From the NCBI GenBank assembly GCA_963820525.1, contig CAWGAA010000003.1, positions 576,001 to 640,000 on the forward strand: DNA of 64,000 bases. Reading direction: 5' to 3'. Of the stretch, positions 50,314 to 60,776 are shown one piece after another (within the stretch, counting starts at the first letter, position 1; every line of letters starts with the position of its first letter). This stretch comes from an uncultured Spirochaetota bacterium (lineage in GTDB: Bacteria > Spirochaetota > Spirochaetia > SZUA-6 > Fen-1364). The notes beneath the pieces are model-generated. The model had not been told where the DNA came from. It searched no databases and worked only from the letters and a program-made list of their open reading frames with translations. The position numbers were made by a program, and so were the translations under genes.

Positions 50314-50735
50314 TGCGGCACGTCCTTGGACATGACCACAAGGTCGAAACGCTCCTGCCACCCCGTAGCGCGCCAGAAGCGCTTGCCCTCTTCGTTGTCC
50401 GCCATGACGAAGATGTGGCATTTCCGCGCGCCCCGGGCCGCCAGCCCCGTGAGGCAGCGCTCCACCAGCATTCTGCCCACCCCCGCCCGCCTCTGGTCCC
50501 GGGAGACTGCAAGGTGGTAGAGGAACCCCCGCCTCCCGTCATGGCTGCAGAGGACCGCGCCGACCAGCAGCTCTCCGTCCATCGCGACGAAGCTCAGATC
50601 CGGGTTGCGGGCGAGGAATGCCTCGATGTTGGGCCGCGAATCCGCCTGGCTCAGGCCGATCCCCTCGCTCGCTCTCCACAGCGCCGTTGCCGCCTCGTAG
50701 TCCGCGATGTTCATTGCCCGGATGTCGATGCCCAC
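50310..50735 (-). CDS. GNAT family N-acetyltransferase (YpeA-like)
   Basis: FLARNPDLSFVA, HDGRRGFLYHLAV...RRAGVG. Confidence 0.9.
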   Translation of the reverse strand: MGIDIRAMNIADYEAATALWRASEGIGLSQADSRPNIEAFLARNPDLSFVAMDGELLVGAVLCSHDGRRGFLYHLAVSRDQRRAGVGRMLVERCLTGLAARGARKCHIFVMADNEEGKRFWRATGWQERFDLVVMSKDVPQ

Positions 50736-50746
50736 TTTCTTCCCCC

Positions 50747-51569
50747 TCACGCAAGTCCCGCGAGCCGCTCGCTCACCCGCCACAGCTCTTCGCCCAATCG
50801 CGCGTCATGGCTCGCGGCCGAGGATGCCGCCGGCCTCCGGTCCACGAAGTACTTCCCCGTCACCCCTTCAACCTCGGGAGACTCCGCCAGGTAGACCGAC
50901 GTGGCGGCGCCCTTCTCCACGCCGATCCCCCGCATGCCCATAGCTTCGTGGAGGAGCTTGGTGTCCACGCCGCCGGGGTGGAGGCAGTTGACCGTGACTT
51001 CGGATGCATCGAGCATCCCGGCCAGCCGGTAGGTGAAAAGCACATTGGCCAGCTTCGACGAGCAGTACGCCGCCATCCCGTCGTAATGGTTTTCAGCCTG
51101 GAGGTCTTGAAAATCGACTTTCCCGCTCGAGTGCAGCATGGAGCTCACTGTCACGATCCGCGCCGCCCTTTGGGGAGCTGCGCCCGCGCGCAGGCAATCG
51201 AGAAGGAGGAGGGTGAGGAGGAAGGGGGCAATGTGGTTCACGCTGAAGGTCGTCTCAAGCCCGTCCCCGGTCAGAACCCGTTTCTTCATGAAGGTGCCCC
51301 GCGTTGTTGACCAGCCCGCTCAGGCGCGGGTGCTCGCCCTTCATCCTCTCCGCCATGCGCCGCACCTGGGCAAGGGAAGAGAAGTCCGCCACGACGCTCT
51401 CCAGGGCGGAGCTTCCCGTTTTTTGCCGGATTTCAAGAAGCGCCGCCCGGCACCTTCCGGAGTCCCTGCCATGGATGATGACGCGGGCGCCCCCGCGGGC
51501 GATCTCGAGTGCCGTCTGCTTGCCGATCCCGTCGGTGGCTCCGGTGACGAGTACCACCCTCTCCGTCAT
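50747..51569 (-). pseudogene. SDR oxidoreductase (retinol dehydrogenase-like), frameshifted
   Basis: TGATDGIG and LVNNAG in one frame, YCSSK and LHPG in another; one extra base at the run near 51297-51301. Confidence 0.85.
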
Positions 51570-51574
51570 CGCCC

Positions 51575-51973
51575 TCACTGCGCCGCAGTGCCCTTCACCA
51601 GGCCGTCTTTCCACTTCGAGACGCTTCCGAAGTCCACGACGCGATCGTAGCCCAGCCCCACAAGGGTCGAAGCGGCCCGCGCCGAGCGCATGCCGGAAGC
51701 GCAGTACACGATGACGATGGCTTTTTTGTCAGGAGTTGGAGCCTGGGCCGCAATCCGATCCACCGGGATGTTGACCGCCGTGGGGATATGGCCCGAGGCA
51801 TACTCTTCTGTAGTGCGCACGTCCACCAGGAAGTACTGCCGGCTCTTTTCCGCTATCAGCTTCGCCAGCGAATCCGGATCCGAGTATGCCGTGTAGGGGG
51901 GGACGGTTGCACAGCCCGCCAGGAGAAAAGCGATCAATGCGCAGAGGGTGATCGCAATAGCAGCCTTTTTCAT
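51575..51973 (-). CDS. rhodanese-like lipoprotein
   Basis: Lipobox LAGC; VDVRTTEEYASGHIP, YCASGMRS. Confidence 0.9.
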   Translation of the reverse strand: MKKAAIAITLCALIAFLLAGCATVPPYTAYSDPDSLAKLIAEKSRQYFLVDVRTTEEYASGHIPTAVNIPVDRIAAQAPTPDKKAIVIVYCASGMRSARAASTLVGLGYDRVVDFGSVSKWKDGLVKGTAAQ

Positions 51974-52068
51974 CGATAGCCTCCTCTTGGTCATGCCCGC
52001 CGAGATGCCGATCCCCGCGACGCCGTCGCTGAATATGGCGACGGCATCCCCGGAGCGTACGCCGCCGC

Positions 52069-52371
52069 TCAGGGGAAGATCTCCTTCAATCCCTGGGAGG
52101 CGACATACACGGCGCCGACTCCGCTTAAGTGATATGCCACGCGGACGGCCTCGGCGATCTCCTCCTTCGTGGCGCCTTCCTTGAGAGCGGACAGCGCCAG
52201 GGCCTTCACTCCGCTCGCGGCGCCGTGCGCGGCGTCGAAGGCGAGCGCGATCAGGAGCTTGATCTTTCGCGGCAGCGCGCCGTCGGCGTATACGATCTCG
52301 TCTTCTGCCGTGAGGTGGCTCATGAACTTGGGGTCGATCCTCATCATGGTTGACAGGGGATGCTCCGCCAT
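52069..52371 (-). CDS. carboxymuconolactone decarboxylase (AhpD-like) family protein
   Basis: DGALPRKIKLLIALA...GATKEEIAEA. Confidence 0.88.
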   Translation of the reverse strand: MAEHPLSTMMRIDPKFMSHLTAEDEIVYADGALPRKIKLLIALAFDAAHGAASGVKALALSALKEGATKEEIAEAVRVAYHLSGVGAVYVASQGLKEIFP

Positions 52372-52383
52372 ATCGTTCCTCCT

Positions 52384-52713
52384 TCAATTCCTTCCGAGAA
52401 GTCCGTTCAGGGAGACCACGACCTTGTTGTCGCGCACGATGACGAGGCACACTCCCCCATCCGTCGTGTAGTATTCGAAGGCCTGCCGGACCGCGCCAAA
52501 GGGAAACTTCTCCTCAACCGCCTTCTGGGGGCTGACGTAGGCTTCAACGAGTGTTCCGTTCTCCACGAGGGCGACGATGGCGTGCTTTTGCCCGCCGGAT
52601 TGGCTGTCTTGAAGCGTTCTCATCAGAACGGGATCTCCCATGACGGTCCTGGTGATCCGCCAGTCGAGCTCCCGCTCATCAGGCCCCATCTCCCTATAAA
52701 TATACTCAGGCAT
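52384..52713 (-). CDS. hypothetical protein
   Basis: AGGAG RBS, upstream TTGACA, protein-like composition, first gene of the minus-strand run. Confidence 0.7.
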   Translation of the reverse strand: MPEYIYREMGPDERELDWRITRTVMGDPVLMRTLQDSQSGGQKHAIVALVENGTLVEAYVSPQKAVEEKFPFGAVRQAFEYYTTDGGVCLVIVRDNKVVVSLNGLLGRN

Positions 52714-52792
52714 GGAAGCTCCTACCGATGTACTACGATTGTTCGCCGGCTGTCAAGGAAGCGTGAATCATGCTACAGTTGCGGCAACGGGG

Positions 52793-54148
52793 ATGAGCGA
52801 ATCAGGACGGGTCCCGGACCGGGTGAACGCCATTCGCGAGGTGCTGGGGTACCTCGGGCGGTACAGGAACGAGCTTTTCGTGCTCAAGATCGACGATGCC
52901 CTCGTGGAGGAGCCGCTGTTCCCGCTTCTCATCCGGGACGTCGTGCTGCTGTATCGCATGGGCATCCATGTCGTCATCGTGCCGGGGGCGCGGCACGCCA
53001 TCGACTCCGCCCTGGAGTCCGCGGGGATCCGCTCCCGCTACCACCAGGGGGTGCGCATCACCACCGAGGAGGGGCTTGCGCACGTCATGACGGCCGCATC
53101 CCGCGTATCAAACCGCATCCTCTCCCTGCTCTCGGAAAACGGCGCCCAGGCGGTTTCGGGAAACTGGGTGCGGGCGCGCACTCTCGGGGTCATCGAAGGC
53201 ATCGATTTCCAGCGAACGGGAAGAATCGAGAAGGTGAACGTGACGCTTCTCTCGAAGCTGCTCGGCGAAGGGGTGATTCCCCTTGCAACCAATATCGGCT
53301 GGAACGCCGTGGGCAAGGCCCACAACCTTTCCAGCACCGAGCTCGCCGTGGCGGTGGCCTCCGCAATGGGAGCGGCAAAGCTGTTCTTCGTCGGCATGGA
53401 GCCGGGCATCCCCGCCGTGGGAGAAGCTCTGCCGGAGCTCCGCGTGCGCGACTCCGGGGTGTACTCGAACATGGACCTTTCCCAGGTGGAGAGGCTCCTC
53501 GCAGCCGCGGGAGACTCGCTGGACCGCGAGCACCGCGTCCTCCTGGAGAGCGCCGTGGCGGCCTGCACCGGCGGGGTGAAGCGCGTTCACATCGTGGACG
53601 GGAGAGAAAACGGGATCCTCCTCGAGGAGATCTTCTCGATCTCCGGCCGCGGCACCATGCTCTTCGCCAACCTCTACACCAACATCTGCCCGGCATCCGT
53701 GGAGGACGTGCCGGAAATCATCAGGCTCATTCAACCCTTCGTTCAGCAGTCCCTCGTGCTCCAGCGCACCCCCGAGACCATTGCCGAGAACGTCGAGCGA
53801 TGGGTCGTGTACAAGGTTGACGACGCCATCCGCGGGTGCGCGGCCCTCACCCCCTACGACGCCGAAAGCGGAGAGATCGAAGCCCTGGTTGTGGACGAGG
53901 ATCATCGGGGCGGGGGGACCGGCGGGCGGCTCGTCACGTTTCTCATCGATCGCGCCCGACGGCTGGGAATGAAGCGGGTATTCGCGCTCACCACACAGGC
54001 AAGCGATTTCTTCATGGCCCTCGGTTTCGCCGAGGTGCCGCCCGAGGAGCTGCCCGCGGCGAAGAGGCAGCGCTACAACCGCCGGCGAAACTCCCGGGTC
54101 CTCGCCCTGGACCTCGCCGCGGGGGCGCACCACCCCGCTCACGTGTAG
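52793..54148 (+). CDS. argA: amino-acid N-acetyltransferase (N-acetylglutamate synthase)
   Basis: Amino-acid-kinase-like domain plus GNAT; GVKRVHIVDG...LLEEIFS, FALTTQ, YNRRRNSRVL. Confidence 0.92.
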   Translation: MSESGRVPDRVNAIREVLGYLGRYRNELFVLKIDDALVEEPLFPLLIRDVVLLYRMGIHVVIVPGARHAIDSALESAGIRSRYHQGVRITTEEGLAHVMTAASRVSNRILSLLSENGAQAVSGNWVRARTLGVIEGIDFQRTGRIEKVNVTLLSKLLGEGVIPLATNIGWNAVGKAHNLSSTELAVAVASAMGAAKLFFVGMEPGIPAVGEALPELRVRDSGVYSNMDLSQVERLLAAAGDSLDREHRVLLESAVAACTGGVKRVHIVDGRENGILLEEIFSISGRGTMLFANLYTNICPASVEDVPEIIRLIQPFVQQSLVLQRTPETIAENVERWVVYKVDDAIRGCAALTPYDAESGEIEALVVDEDHRGGGTGGRLVTFLIDRARRLGMKRVFALTTQASDFFMALGFAEVPPEELPAAKRQRYNRRRNSRVLALDLAAGAHHPAHV

Positions 54149-54199
54149 GCGGTCAGGCCCTCCCGTCCCCGATCTCGAAGGACCATGCAGGCTCCCTCC

Positions 54200-54448
54200 T
54201 CACCCCCTCCGCCCCTTGCCTTGCGGCGGCTGCCGCCGGATTCCCTCCAGGAGCTTCCTCACTTGTTCGCGGAACTCTTGGGGCGCGTCCACGTGCCCCC
54301 AGCTGTCCTTATACGTCAGAAGCCCGTCATAGGCGGGATCCGTGTAGCGTTTGAAGACGTGGGGAATGCCCTCCTCCTTCAGCAATGCCTCCAGAAGGTT
54401 CGCCTCGGTCTCGTTCGATAGAAGAATGATATCTTTGTCAGCTGCCAT
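54200..54448 (-). CDS. DUF2007-like small protein
   Basis: NETEANLLEALLKEEGIPH...DPAYDG. Confidence 0.75.
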   Translation of the reverse strand: MAADKDIILLSNETEANLLEALLKEEGIPHVFKRYTDPAYDGLLTYKDSWGHVDAPQEFREQVRKLLEGIRRQPPQGKGRRG

Positions 54449-54582
54449 TGCGCCCCCCCGAGCGCGGAATGATCGCCGCGGCACCGGCCAAACTCGCCGG
54501 CACCAGCTAGACTCGGCGGCGAGGCCGGGTCCGGCAGCGCCGGCAAGGCGCGTGGTGACGGCGACGCGCGGCCCCCTGGCTG

Positions 54583-55026
54583 TTACAGCGCCGGGTCTAT
54601 CTGCCGCAGATGGTGCTCCATGTGCTCGATGTATTTCACAATCACCGTCTCGAGCGTCATGGGCTCTCCCTCCCCGATTCGGCACGGCACGGAAAGCTTT
54701 TCCCGGGGCATGGCTTGAACCACATGCGCAATGTGCCTGTTCAGGGCCACCCAAAGCTCAGCAAGCTGGCGCCAACCCTCCCGAGCGTAGGCCTGTACGC
54801 GCACCCAGTCCGGCTGGGCATAGCCGGGGAAGCGAAGCTCATCGGAGAGCTGGGCGCGAATAAAGCGCTGGTGGTTGTTCGACGCCGAGTCTATCAGGTG
54901 CCCCAGGATCTCCTTCTTGCACCATTTGCCAGGGGCCGCGGGTCCGGATACCTCGGCCTCGGAAAGCCCGAGAAGCTTTCCGCCGGCGCGGTTTACGATG
55001 TCGTTTATGGTCTCACTGGATGTCAT
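54583..55026 (-). CDS. DinB family protein
   Basis: PGKWCKKEILGHLIDS, YIEHMEHHLRQI. Confidence 0.9.
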   Translation of the reverse strand: MTSSETINDIVNRAGGKLLGLSEAEVSGPAAPGKWCKKEILGHLIDSASNNHQRFIRAQLSDELRFPGYAQPDWVRVQAYAREGWRQLAELWVALNRHIAHVVQAMPREKLSVPCRIGEGEPMTLETVIVKYIEHMEHHLRQIDPAL

Positions 55027-55146
55027 GACGACCACGATATTTCCGCGGCCCGCCCGCGTCAAGGGTTGGCGGCCGGGATTTCATCTCGCCCCGCGTTTCA
55101 TCTCCATTGCCGCCCCGCCCCCATTCTGATATCCTGACCGACCTGA

Positions 55147-55868
55147 ATGAGCCTTGATCTTGAATCCATTGCCAGGGACTACGGCCGGGTGGTCTCATCG
55201 GTGTGCGGGCGAATGATCCGAGACCCGGAAGCGGCGGAGGATGCTGCCCAGGAGATCTGGCTCGAGATAACAAAAAGCCTTCCTTCGTTCCGGGGAGACT
55301 CGAAGCTGTCCACCTGGATCTGCACGATAGCCCGGCGCCACGTGCTTGCCTTCGCCCGAGGGGAGCGCACCTACTCCATGAGATTTATCCGGGGCTACTT
55401 CCATGGCGAGGGCGGCGAGCCGCCTGTCCCGCCGCCAAACGATGCTGAAAAACCGGCCTGGGTGAAGCGGATGTGCGACAAATGCCTCACCGGCATCCTC
55501 CACTGCCTCGACGTAGACACGCGCCTGGCCTACGTGCTTCGCGAGGTGGCCCGGGTTCCCTAGAGGAGCTTGCGCGCATCCTGGGCAGGGAAGCTCCCTC
55601 CCTCCGCAAGACCCTGTCGCGGGCAAAGCATAAACTGGCTCGATTCCTGAAGGATGAATGCGGGCTCTACAACAGAAACGCTCCCTGCCGCTGCCGTATG
55701 CGCGCCTGGGTGGAGGAAGTGGATCTTCCCTCGGAATACGAGAAGCTTCGGACAATCGCCGCACGAGCGAGGCTGTACAGGGAGTCGGAGCGGATCCTGC
55801 CGTCCAGAAACTACTGGGAGAAAATCCTCTCAAAGCGGTCACAAATCACAGGCGCCTCCCACACATAA
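55147..55868 (+). pseudogene. ECF sigma factor with Cys-rich C-terminus, frameshifted
   Basis: AEDAAQE...FRGDSKLSTW. At CCC-TA-GAG-GAG (55558-68) one base is missing; region 4 EELARIL...LSRAK and CGLYN...CRC continue in another frame. Confidence 0.82.
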
Positions 55869-55909
55869 AGGAGGTACACGGTACCGAAACCTTTACGAGG
55901 AGGAATAGC

Positions 55910-56335
55910 ATGACCAGCCAGGATGACGTGAGGATTCTCCAGGCCCTGTACGCCGGGGCGCTCGCCGATGCCGTGGTCCAGATGGGCCGCGAGGGGATCT
56001 TGGAGAAAGTGACGGAAATGAAAAAGCCGGAGCAGCTTCGGGAGGGCGCGGACAGGGCGCGACGCATGGGCATGAGATCGGCCAGCGAGGTCCCCACCCG
56101 GGGTTCCGAGATTTTCGGATGCACGGCCTGGAAGGCGGAAGAGGACGACATGGGCTTCTCCGCAGAGACCCGCTCGTGTACACTCTGCGCCATGACCAAG
56201 AGGATGGGCGGCCCGAAGCCATGCGCCATCTACTGCCTCAACCCGTCGCTCGATTTCATCGCCACGGAAACGCTCTGGGAAGGGGCGAAGTGCCGAATCG
56301 AAGCGAAACGGCGCGGGCAAGAGCGCTCAAGGTGA
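55910..56335 (+). CDS. L-2-amino-thiazoline-4-carboxylate hydrolase-like (V4R-like) protein
   Basis: GAGGAGG RBS; IFGC, CTLCA, PCAIYCLNP, TLWEGAKC. Confidence 0.65.
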   Translation: MTSQDDVRILQALYAGALADAVVQMGREGILEKVTEMKKPEQLREGADRARRMGMRSASEVPTRGSEIFGCTAWKAEEDDMGFSAETRSCTLCAMTKRMGGPKPCAIYCLNPSLDFIATETLWEGAKCRIEAKRRGQERSR

Positions 56336-56358
56336 AGAGCGGTGTGAAAGGATAGAAG

Positions 56359-56955
56359 ATGGAGACGCGGCAGGTATTCATGTCCTACGACGCGGAGGCG
56401 ACCCCCGCGCCCAGCGATTTTCACTACTGCCCCCGATGCGGGGAGAAATTCGAGGGGCAGGAGCAAAGCCCGGAGCCGCGGCGCTGCATTATCTGCGGCT
56501 TCACCGTCTACAGAAATCCGCTGCCCGGCGTCGTCGTTCTCATCGAGAAAGACGGAACGGTCCTGCTGTGCAAGAGGTCGTCTGGAAGCTTTCAACCCGG
56601 CGAGTGGTGTCTTCCCGGGGGTTTCATAGAATACCATGAGGATTTCCTCAGCGCGGGCATCCGCGAGGTGAAAGAGGAAACGGGGCTGGACGTCGAGATC
56701 GTTTCGATCCTGAGCGTCGTCTCGAATTCCCTTGCGCCGAAGCTCCACACGCTTGTGGTGGTTCTCCTGGGGCACGTGAAGGGCGGGCAAGCGAAAGCCG
56801 GCGACGATGCCGTGTCCGTCACGTGGGTTCCCCTCTCCGGGCCCCTGCCGGAGATGGCCTTTGAGGCGGATGGGCACATCATCCAGCGCTACGCTGCCAC
56901 GCGCCTTGCCGGCGCTCCCGTGGACCCGCGGTTCTCCCGCGGGGCGAAACACTAA
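56359..56955 (+). CDS. NUDIX hydrolase with zinc ribbon
   Basis: YCPRCG...CIICG, YRNPLP, PGGFIE...REVKEETG. Confidence 0.92.
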   Translation: METRQVFMSYDAEATPAPSDFHYCPRCGEKFEGQEQSPEPRRCIICGFTVYRNPLPGVVVLIEKDGTVLLCKRSSGSFQPGEWCLPGGFIEYHEDFLSAGIREVKEETGLDVEIVSILSVVSNSLAPKLHTLVVVLLGHVKGGQAKAGDDAVSVTWVPLSGPLPEMAFEADGHIIQRYAATRLAGAPVDPRFSRGAKH

Positions 56956-56989
56956 AGGCCCGCGTGAGCGCTCACGGAGGCTCGTGAAC

Positions 56990-57844
56990 ATGTCGAAGAT
57001 GCGGACACTGGGACGGATATTCCTGCGCTGTCTCATAGTCGGCGCGGTCTACTCTGCGGCGAACTCACTCGCCGCCGTCCTTCTGGGACCGCTCAGCCGC
57101 CTCGCTCCCACGGGGGAGACCATTGCCGTGTGGACGCTCACGGGGACTCTCATCTGCCTGTCCTTCAGCTATCTCATCCTCCGCTCTTCATGGCCGAGGT
57201 GGAGGACGGTGCTGGCAGTCTGGGCATCGCTCGCCTTGATCCGATCCATCGGCCTGGGAATAGAGGGGGCTCTCTTTAAACCCGCCGGCGCGGCCGCTTC
57301 CCTCAGCGGGGCGGCAGCGGGAATCGTCGTGGCTTTTCTGACCGCCTGGCTGGCCGTGTGGCTTTTCGCGCGGCCCGCGGGGCTCGAGGGGGGCGCGCCG
57401 AAGGCCGAACGGGCCTGGTGGAGCTGGCTCTGGCGCGTAGTCGTTGTCGGTCTTGCCTACTTCTTTTTTTACTTCGTCTTCGGCGCGGCGAACGCGTTCC
57501 TCTACACCATGAGCTTCTATCGGGACAACCCGCAGTACGGCCTGTCGATGCCGCCGGCGTCGGCGGTATTCGCCGCCCAGCTCATCCGCGGCCCGCTGTT
57601 CGCCCTGGGCTCGCTTTTTATCGCTCGCGCGGCGCAAGCCCCGCGTGCAAGGCTCGCCCTCTGGCTGGGAATTCTCCTTTTCGTCATTGGGGGGTTCGCG
57701 CCATACGTCGAAGCGACTTTCCGCACCATGCCGCTGGGATTCAACCTGGCGACGTTGGCGGAGATCCTTCTGCAGAACTTCCTCACGGGCGTCGTGGCCG
57801 CATATCTTTTTGGAGCGAAAGTCTCGAAAGAGCAGGCCTCGTGA
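56990..57844 (+). CDS. hypothetical multi-pass membrane protein
   Basis: About 8 hydrophobic segments arranged in two halves; GGAGG RBS. Confidence 0.75.
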   Translation: MSKMRTLGRIFLRCLIVGAVYSAANSLAAVLLGPLSRLAPTGETIAVWTLTGTLICLSFSYLILRSSWPRWRTVLAVWASLALIRSIGLGIEGALFKPAGAAASLSGAAAGIVVAFLTAWLAVWLFARPAGLEGGAPKAERAWWSWLWRVVVVGLAYFFFYFVFGAANAFLYTMSFYRDNPQYGLSMPPASAVFAAQLIRGPLFALGSLFIARAAQAPRARLALWLGILLFVIGGFAPYVEATFRTMPLGFNLATLAEILLQNFLTGVVAAYLFGAKVSKEQAS

Positions 57845-57941
57845 GGGGCGATCCGCGTCGGTCTCGGTGTCCCGGCGCTTGACAGCACGCGGGCGGAGGG
57901 ACTATAGCACGGTAGGCGTGTCACCGGAAAAGGAGGCACCT

Positions 57942-58739
57942 ATGAAGCTTTCGCGCCGCACGCGTCTCATGCGGTTCGCCGCGATCGCCATTCTCGTCCT
58001 CGCTTCACTTCCCCTCGCAAGCTGCGAGACGTTCACGGGATTCGGACAGGATTCCTCGGATTCGAACGGGGAGGCCCAACAGGCGCCTACGGACGGCGCA
58101 GGCAAGGCGGCGGAGCCGGCCGTCGAGCGCCGCGAGGCGCAGGACGCCGGCTGGGACCTGGAGGCCCTGGACACGGCGCGCTCGGCGGGCTACATGAGCG
58201 ATGTCGAGAAGGACGTCGTGCTCGAGATCAACAAGGCCCGCTCGGATCCCGCCCGCTACGCCGAGCAGTACATCAGGCCCATGCTGAAATACTTCTCGGG
58301 AAACGAATACAGGTATCCCGGGGAAATAACTCTCATCACGAGCGAAGGGGCGGCGGCGGTCCAGGCATGCATAAAGGCGATGAAGGCTCAATCGGTCCGC
58401 CCCCCGCTCCTTCCCCTGGAGCCGCTTGCCCTGGCCGCCCGCGACCACGTGAAGGACACAGGCCCGAAAGGGATCGTGGGCCACACGGGAAGCGACGGCA
58501 GCGACCCCTCCAAGCGGGTTCGACGCTACGCCAAAGGCCTCTATTGCGGCGAGAATATCTCCTACGGGCAGGGCAATGCGCAGAGCATCGTGACCCAATT
58601 CCTCATCGACGATGGTGTGCCCAGCCGCGGACACCGTGTCAACATCATGAAAGCGGACTACGGATTCATCGGAGATTCGATCGGAACGCACAAGACCTAC
58701 CGCTCGATGTGCGTCGTGGACTTCGCCTTGAAATCATGA
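57942..58739 (+). CDS. CAP (SCP) domain lipoprotein
   Basis: Lipobox LASC; EINKARSDP, GHTGSDGS, GENISYG, IDDGVPSRGHR. Confidence 0.92.
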   Translation: MKLSRRTRLMRFAAIAILVLASLPLASCETFTGFGQDSSDSNGEAQQAPTDGAGKAAEPAVERREAQDAGWDLEALDTARSAGYMSDVEKDVVLEINKARSDPARYAEQYIRPMLKYFSGNEYRYPGEITLITSEGAAAVQACIKAMKAQSVRPPLLPLEPLALAARDHVKDTGPKGIVGHTGSDGSDPSKRVRRYAKGLYCGENISYGQGNAQSIVTQFLIDDGVPSRGHRVNIMKADYGFIGDSIGTHKTYRSMCVVDFALKS

Positions 58740-59770
58740 AAGCCGCAGGGGACCTCGCCGCGATTCCCAAGGTGGAGCTTCACCGCCACCTCGACGGCAG
58801 CGTGCGCCTGGAAACCATCCTGGAGCTTGCCCGGAAGCACGGCATCGACGTCGGGGCTCGAACCGCCGCGGAGCTCCGTCGAAGGGCAGTGATCGACCGG
58901 CCAATGAAGGACCTCACGGCCGTGCTGGAGAGCTTCTCCACCGTCCAGAAAGTCCTCCGCTCCTTCGACGACGTGAGCCGCGTCACCTTCGAGAACATCG
59001 AGGATGCATGGCGCGACGGGGTGAAGCTGGTGGAGCTTCGTTTCGCCCCGGCCTTCATTTCCAGCGGAAAGAAACTCTCCAATGATGAGATCATCGGCGG
59101 TGCGCTGGACGGCGTTGCCCGCGGCATGGAGGCGTACCCCATCGAGGTGGGGCTGATCGGGATTCTGCCGCGAAGCCATACCCATGACGAGAATGCCCGC
59201 GCCACCCGGGACCTGATCCGTTGGAGAGAGAGCGGCTCGCCGCATGCGCGGCGCATCTGCGGCTTCGATCTTGCCGATTCGGAGGACATCGAAGCGGCGG
59301 TGAGCTTCGTAGCGCTGGTGGAGGAAGCGCGCGAGGCCGGCATGGGCATCACGATCCACAGCGGAGAGAACACCAGCGCGCTTCACGTCAAAAAGACGCT
59401 CGAGCTTTTCAGGCCGGACCGCATCGGACATGGCATCAGGGCATGGGGAGACCAGGATCTTGTACGGCGACTGCGTGACGAGGACGTCCCGCTGGAAGTC
59501 TGCCCCACCTCGAACTGGCTCACGCGCTCCGTGACATCGCTCGAATCGCATCCCCTTCCCCTGCTCTACCGCGCCGGGGTGGGGGTCTCCATCAACTCGG
59601 ACGACCCTCACCTCTTCGGCATCGACCTGGTGAACGAGTACGAGGCATGCCGGAGGCTCTACGGATTTGGAGATTCCGACTTCAATGCGATCAACAGGGG
59701 CGCCCTTGCTCATTCGTTCCTCCCCGAGGAGACCAAGGGGAGAGTGCGGCAGGAGTGGTTCGGCTCGTGA
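58736..59770 (+). CDS. add: adenosine deaminase
   Basis: PKVELHRHLDGS, TIHSGE, RIGHG, LEVCPTSN, INSDDP. Confidence 0.93.
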   Translation: MKAAGDLAAIPKVELHRHLDGSVRLETILELARKHGIDVGARTAAELRRRAVIDRPMKDLTAVLESFSTVQKVLRSFDDVSRVTFENIEDAWRDGVKLVELRFAPAFISSGKKLSNDEIIGGALDGVARGMEAYPIEVGLIGILPRSHTHDENARATRDLIRWRESGSPHARRICGFDLADSEDIEAAVSFVALVEEAREAGMGITIHSGENTSALHVKKTLELFRPDRIGHGIRAWGDQDLVRRLRDEDVPLEVCPTSNWLTRSVTSLESHPLPLLYRAGVGVSINSDDPHLFGIDLVNEYEACRRLYGFGDSDFNAINRGALAHSFLPEETKGRVRQEWFGS

Positions 59771-59806
59771 GCCCGGGAGGCGTCCCAGCGGGGGACGCGC
59801 TCGCCC

Positions 59807-60265
59807 CTACTGAATATCGATTGCAGGATTGTTTCCGCTCGCGGGCAGATGGAGCTGCTGGATAAGATAATCCGGCCCTTCCTTGACCATCACGAAGGCG
59901 GCGGCTCTCCCGATGGCGCTCTCGTCGAAAGCTGGAGGCCCGTAGATTATACCCGTGACGTTGGCCGGATCCGAGTATTCCAGGAGCGTCATGCCGTACT
60001 GCTGCTCTCCCGCGCCGGGCACGGGGAAGTTGGCGTCCCACCAGGTTGCGTCCAGAGTGCCCGCGGATTTGTACTGGCTGCTGTCGGAGATGTGGCTTGC
60101 GGCATTCGCCCTGCTGGAGTTCAGGTCGTTGAAGAAGAGGATGAGCCTGGCCTGGATGGAGATCCCGAAATGCTCGCAGCTGGTCGCGGCGGAGAGGACC
60201 GCGGCCGCAATGACGGCGAGGCGGAGGATCTGAGCGATTCCTCTCGGTCTCCTCGACTTTTTCAT
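59807..60265 (-). CDS. hypothetical lipoprotein (paralog B)
   Basis: Lipobox ATSC; GGAGG RBS; homologous to 60337-60765. Confidence 0.8.
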   Translation of the reverse strand: MKKSRRPRGIAQILRLAVIAAAVLSAATSCEHFGISIQARLILFFNDLNSSRANAASHISDSSQYKSAGTLDATWWDANFPVPGAGEQQYGMTLLEYSDPANVTGIIYGPPAFDESAIGRAAAFVMVKEGPDYLIQQLHLPASGNNPAIDIQ

Positions 60266-60336
60266 TCCACCTCCACCCTGAAATATACCACATTCCAGGC
60301 AAAGGGGCGGGTGAAGGCGCGGAGAGAAGGTCTCTG

Positions 60337-60765
60337 CTACTTGAGCCTCTTCAAGGTGGCGGTGCCACTGCCGGCCAGATAGATCTGTTGTATGAAGTGG
60401 TCTGCGCCGTCCTTGACCATGACGAACTTGATGGCTGCGGCTGGTGAGTAATTCGCAGGACCTAATATCGTCCCCGTTACGTTGGATGGGTCGGAATAGT
60501 CAAACAGGGTGATGCTGTACTGCGTATCCGACGGCCCCGGCGCTGGGAAGGTAGTCTCCCACCAAAGTGTATCAAGAACTCCCGCTGATTTGTCCAGGCT
60601 GCTGTTGGAGATATCGTTGTTGAGGTTCGCCCGAGATGAGTTCAAGTCTGTTACAAACTGGGAGATCCGGTTCTGAATTGAGATCCCAAAGAGATCGCAG
60701 CTTGAAAGCGCTGCCAGAACAACGAGAGAAAGGGCCGCAAACGCAATGAGATGCCTGGGTTTCAT
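60337..60765 (-). CDS. hypothetical lipoprotein (paralog A)
   Basis: Lipobox LSSC; GAGGAGGAG RBS. Confidence 0.8.
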   Translation of the reverse strand: MKPRHLIAFAALSLVVLAALSSCDLFGISIQNRISQFVTDLNSSRANLNNDISNSSLDKSAGVLDTLWWETTFPAPGPSDTQYSITLFDYSDPSNVTGTILGPANYSPAAAIKFVMVKDGADHFIQQIYLAGSGTATLKRLK

Positions 60766-60776
60766 GAAGCTCCTCC

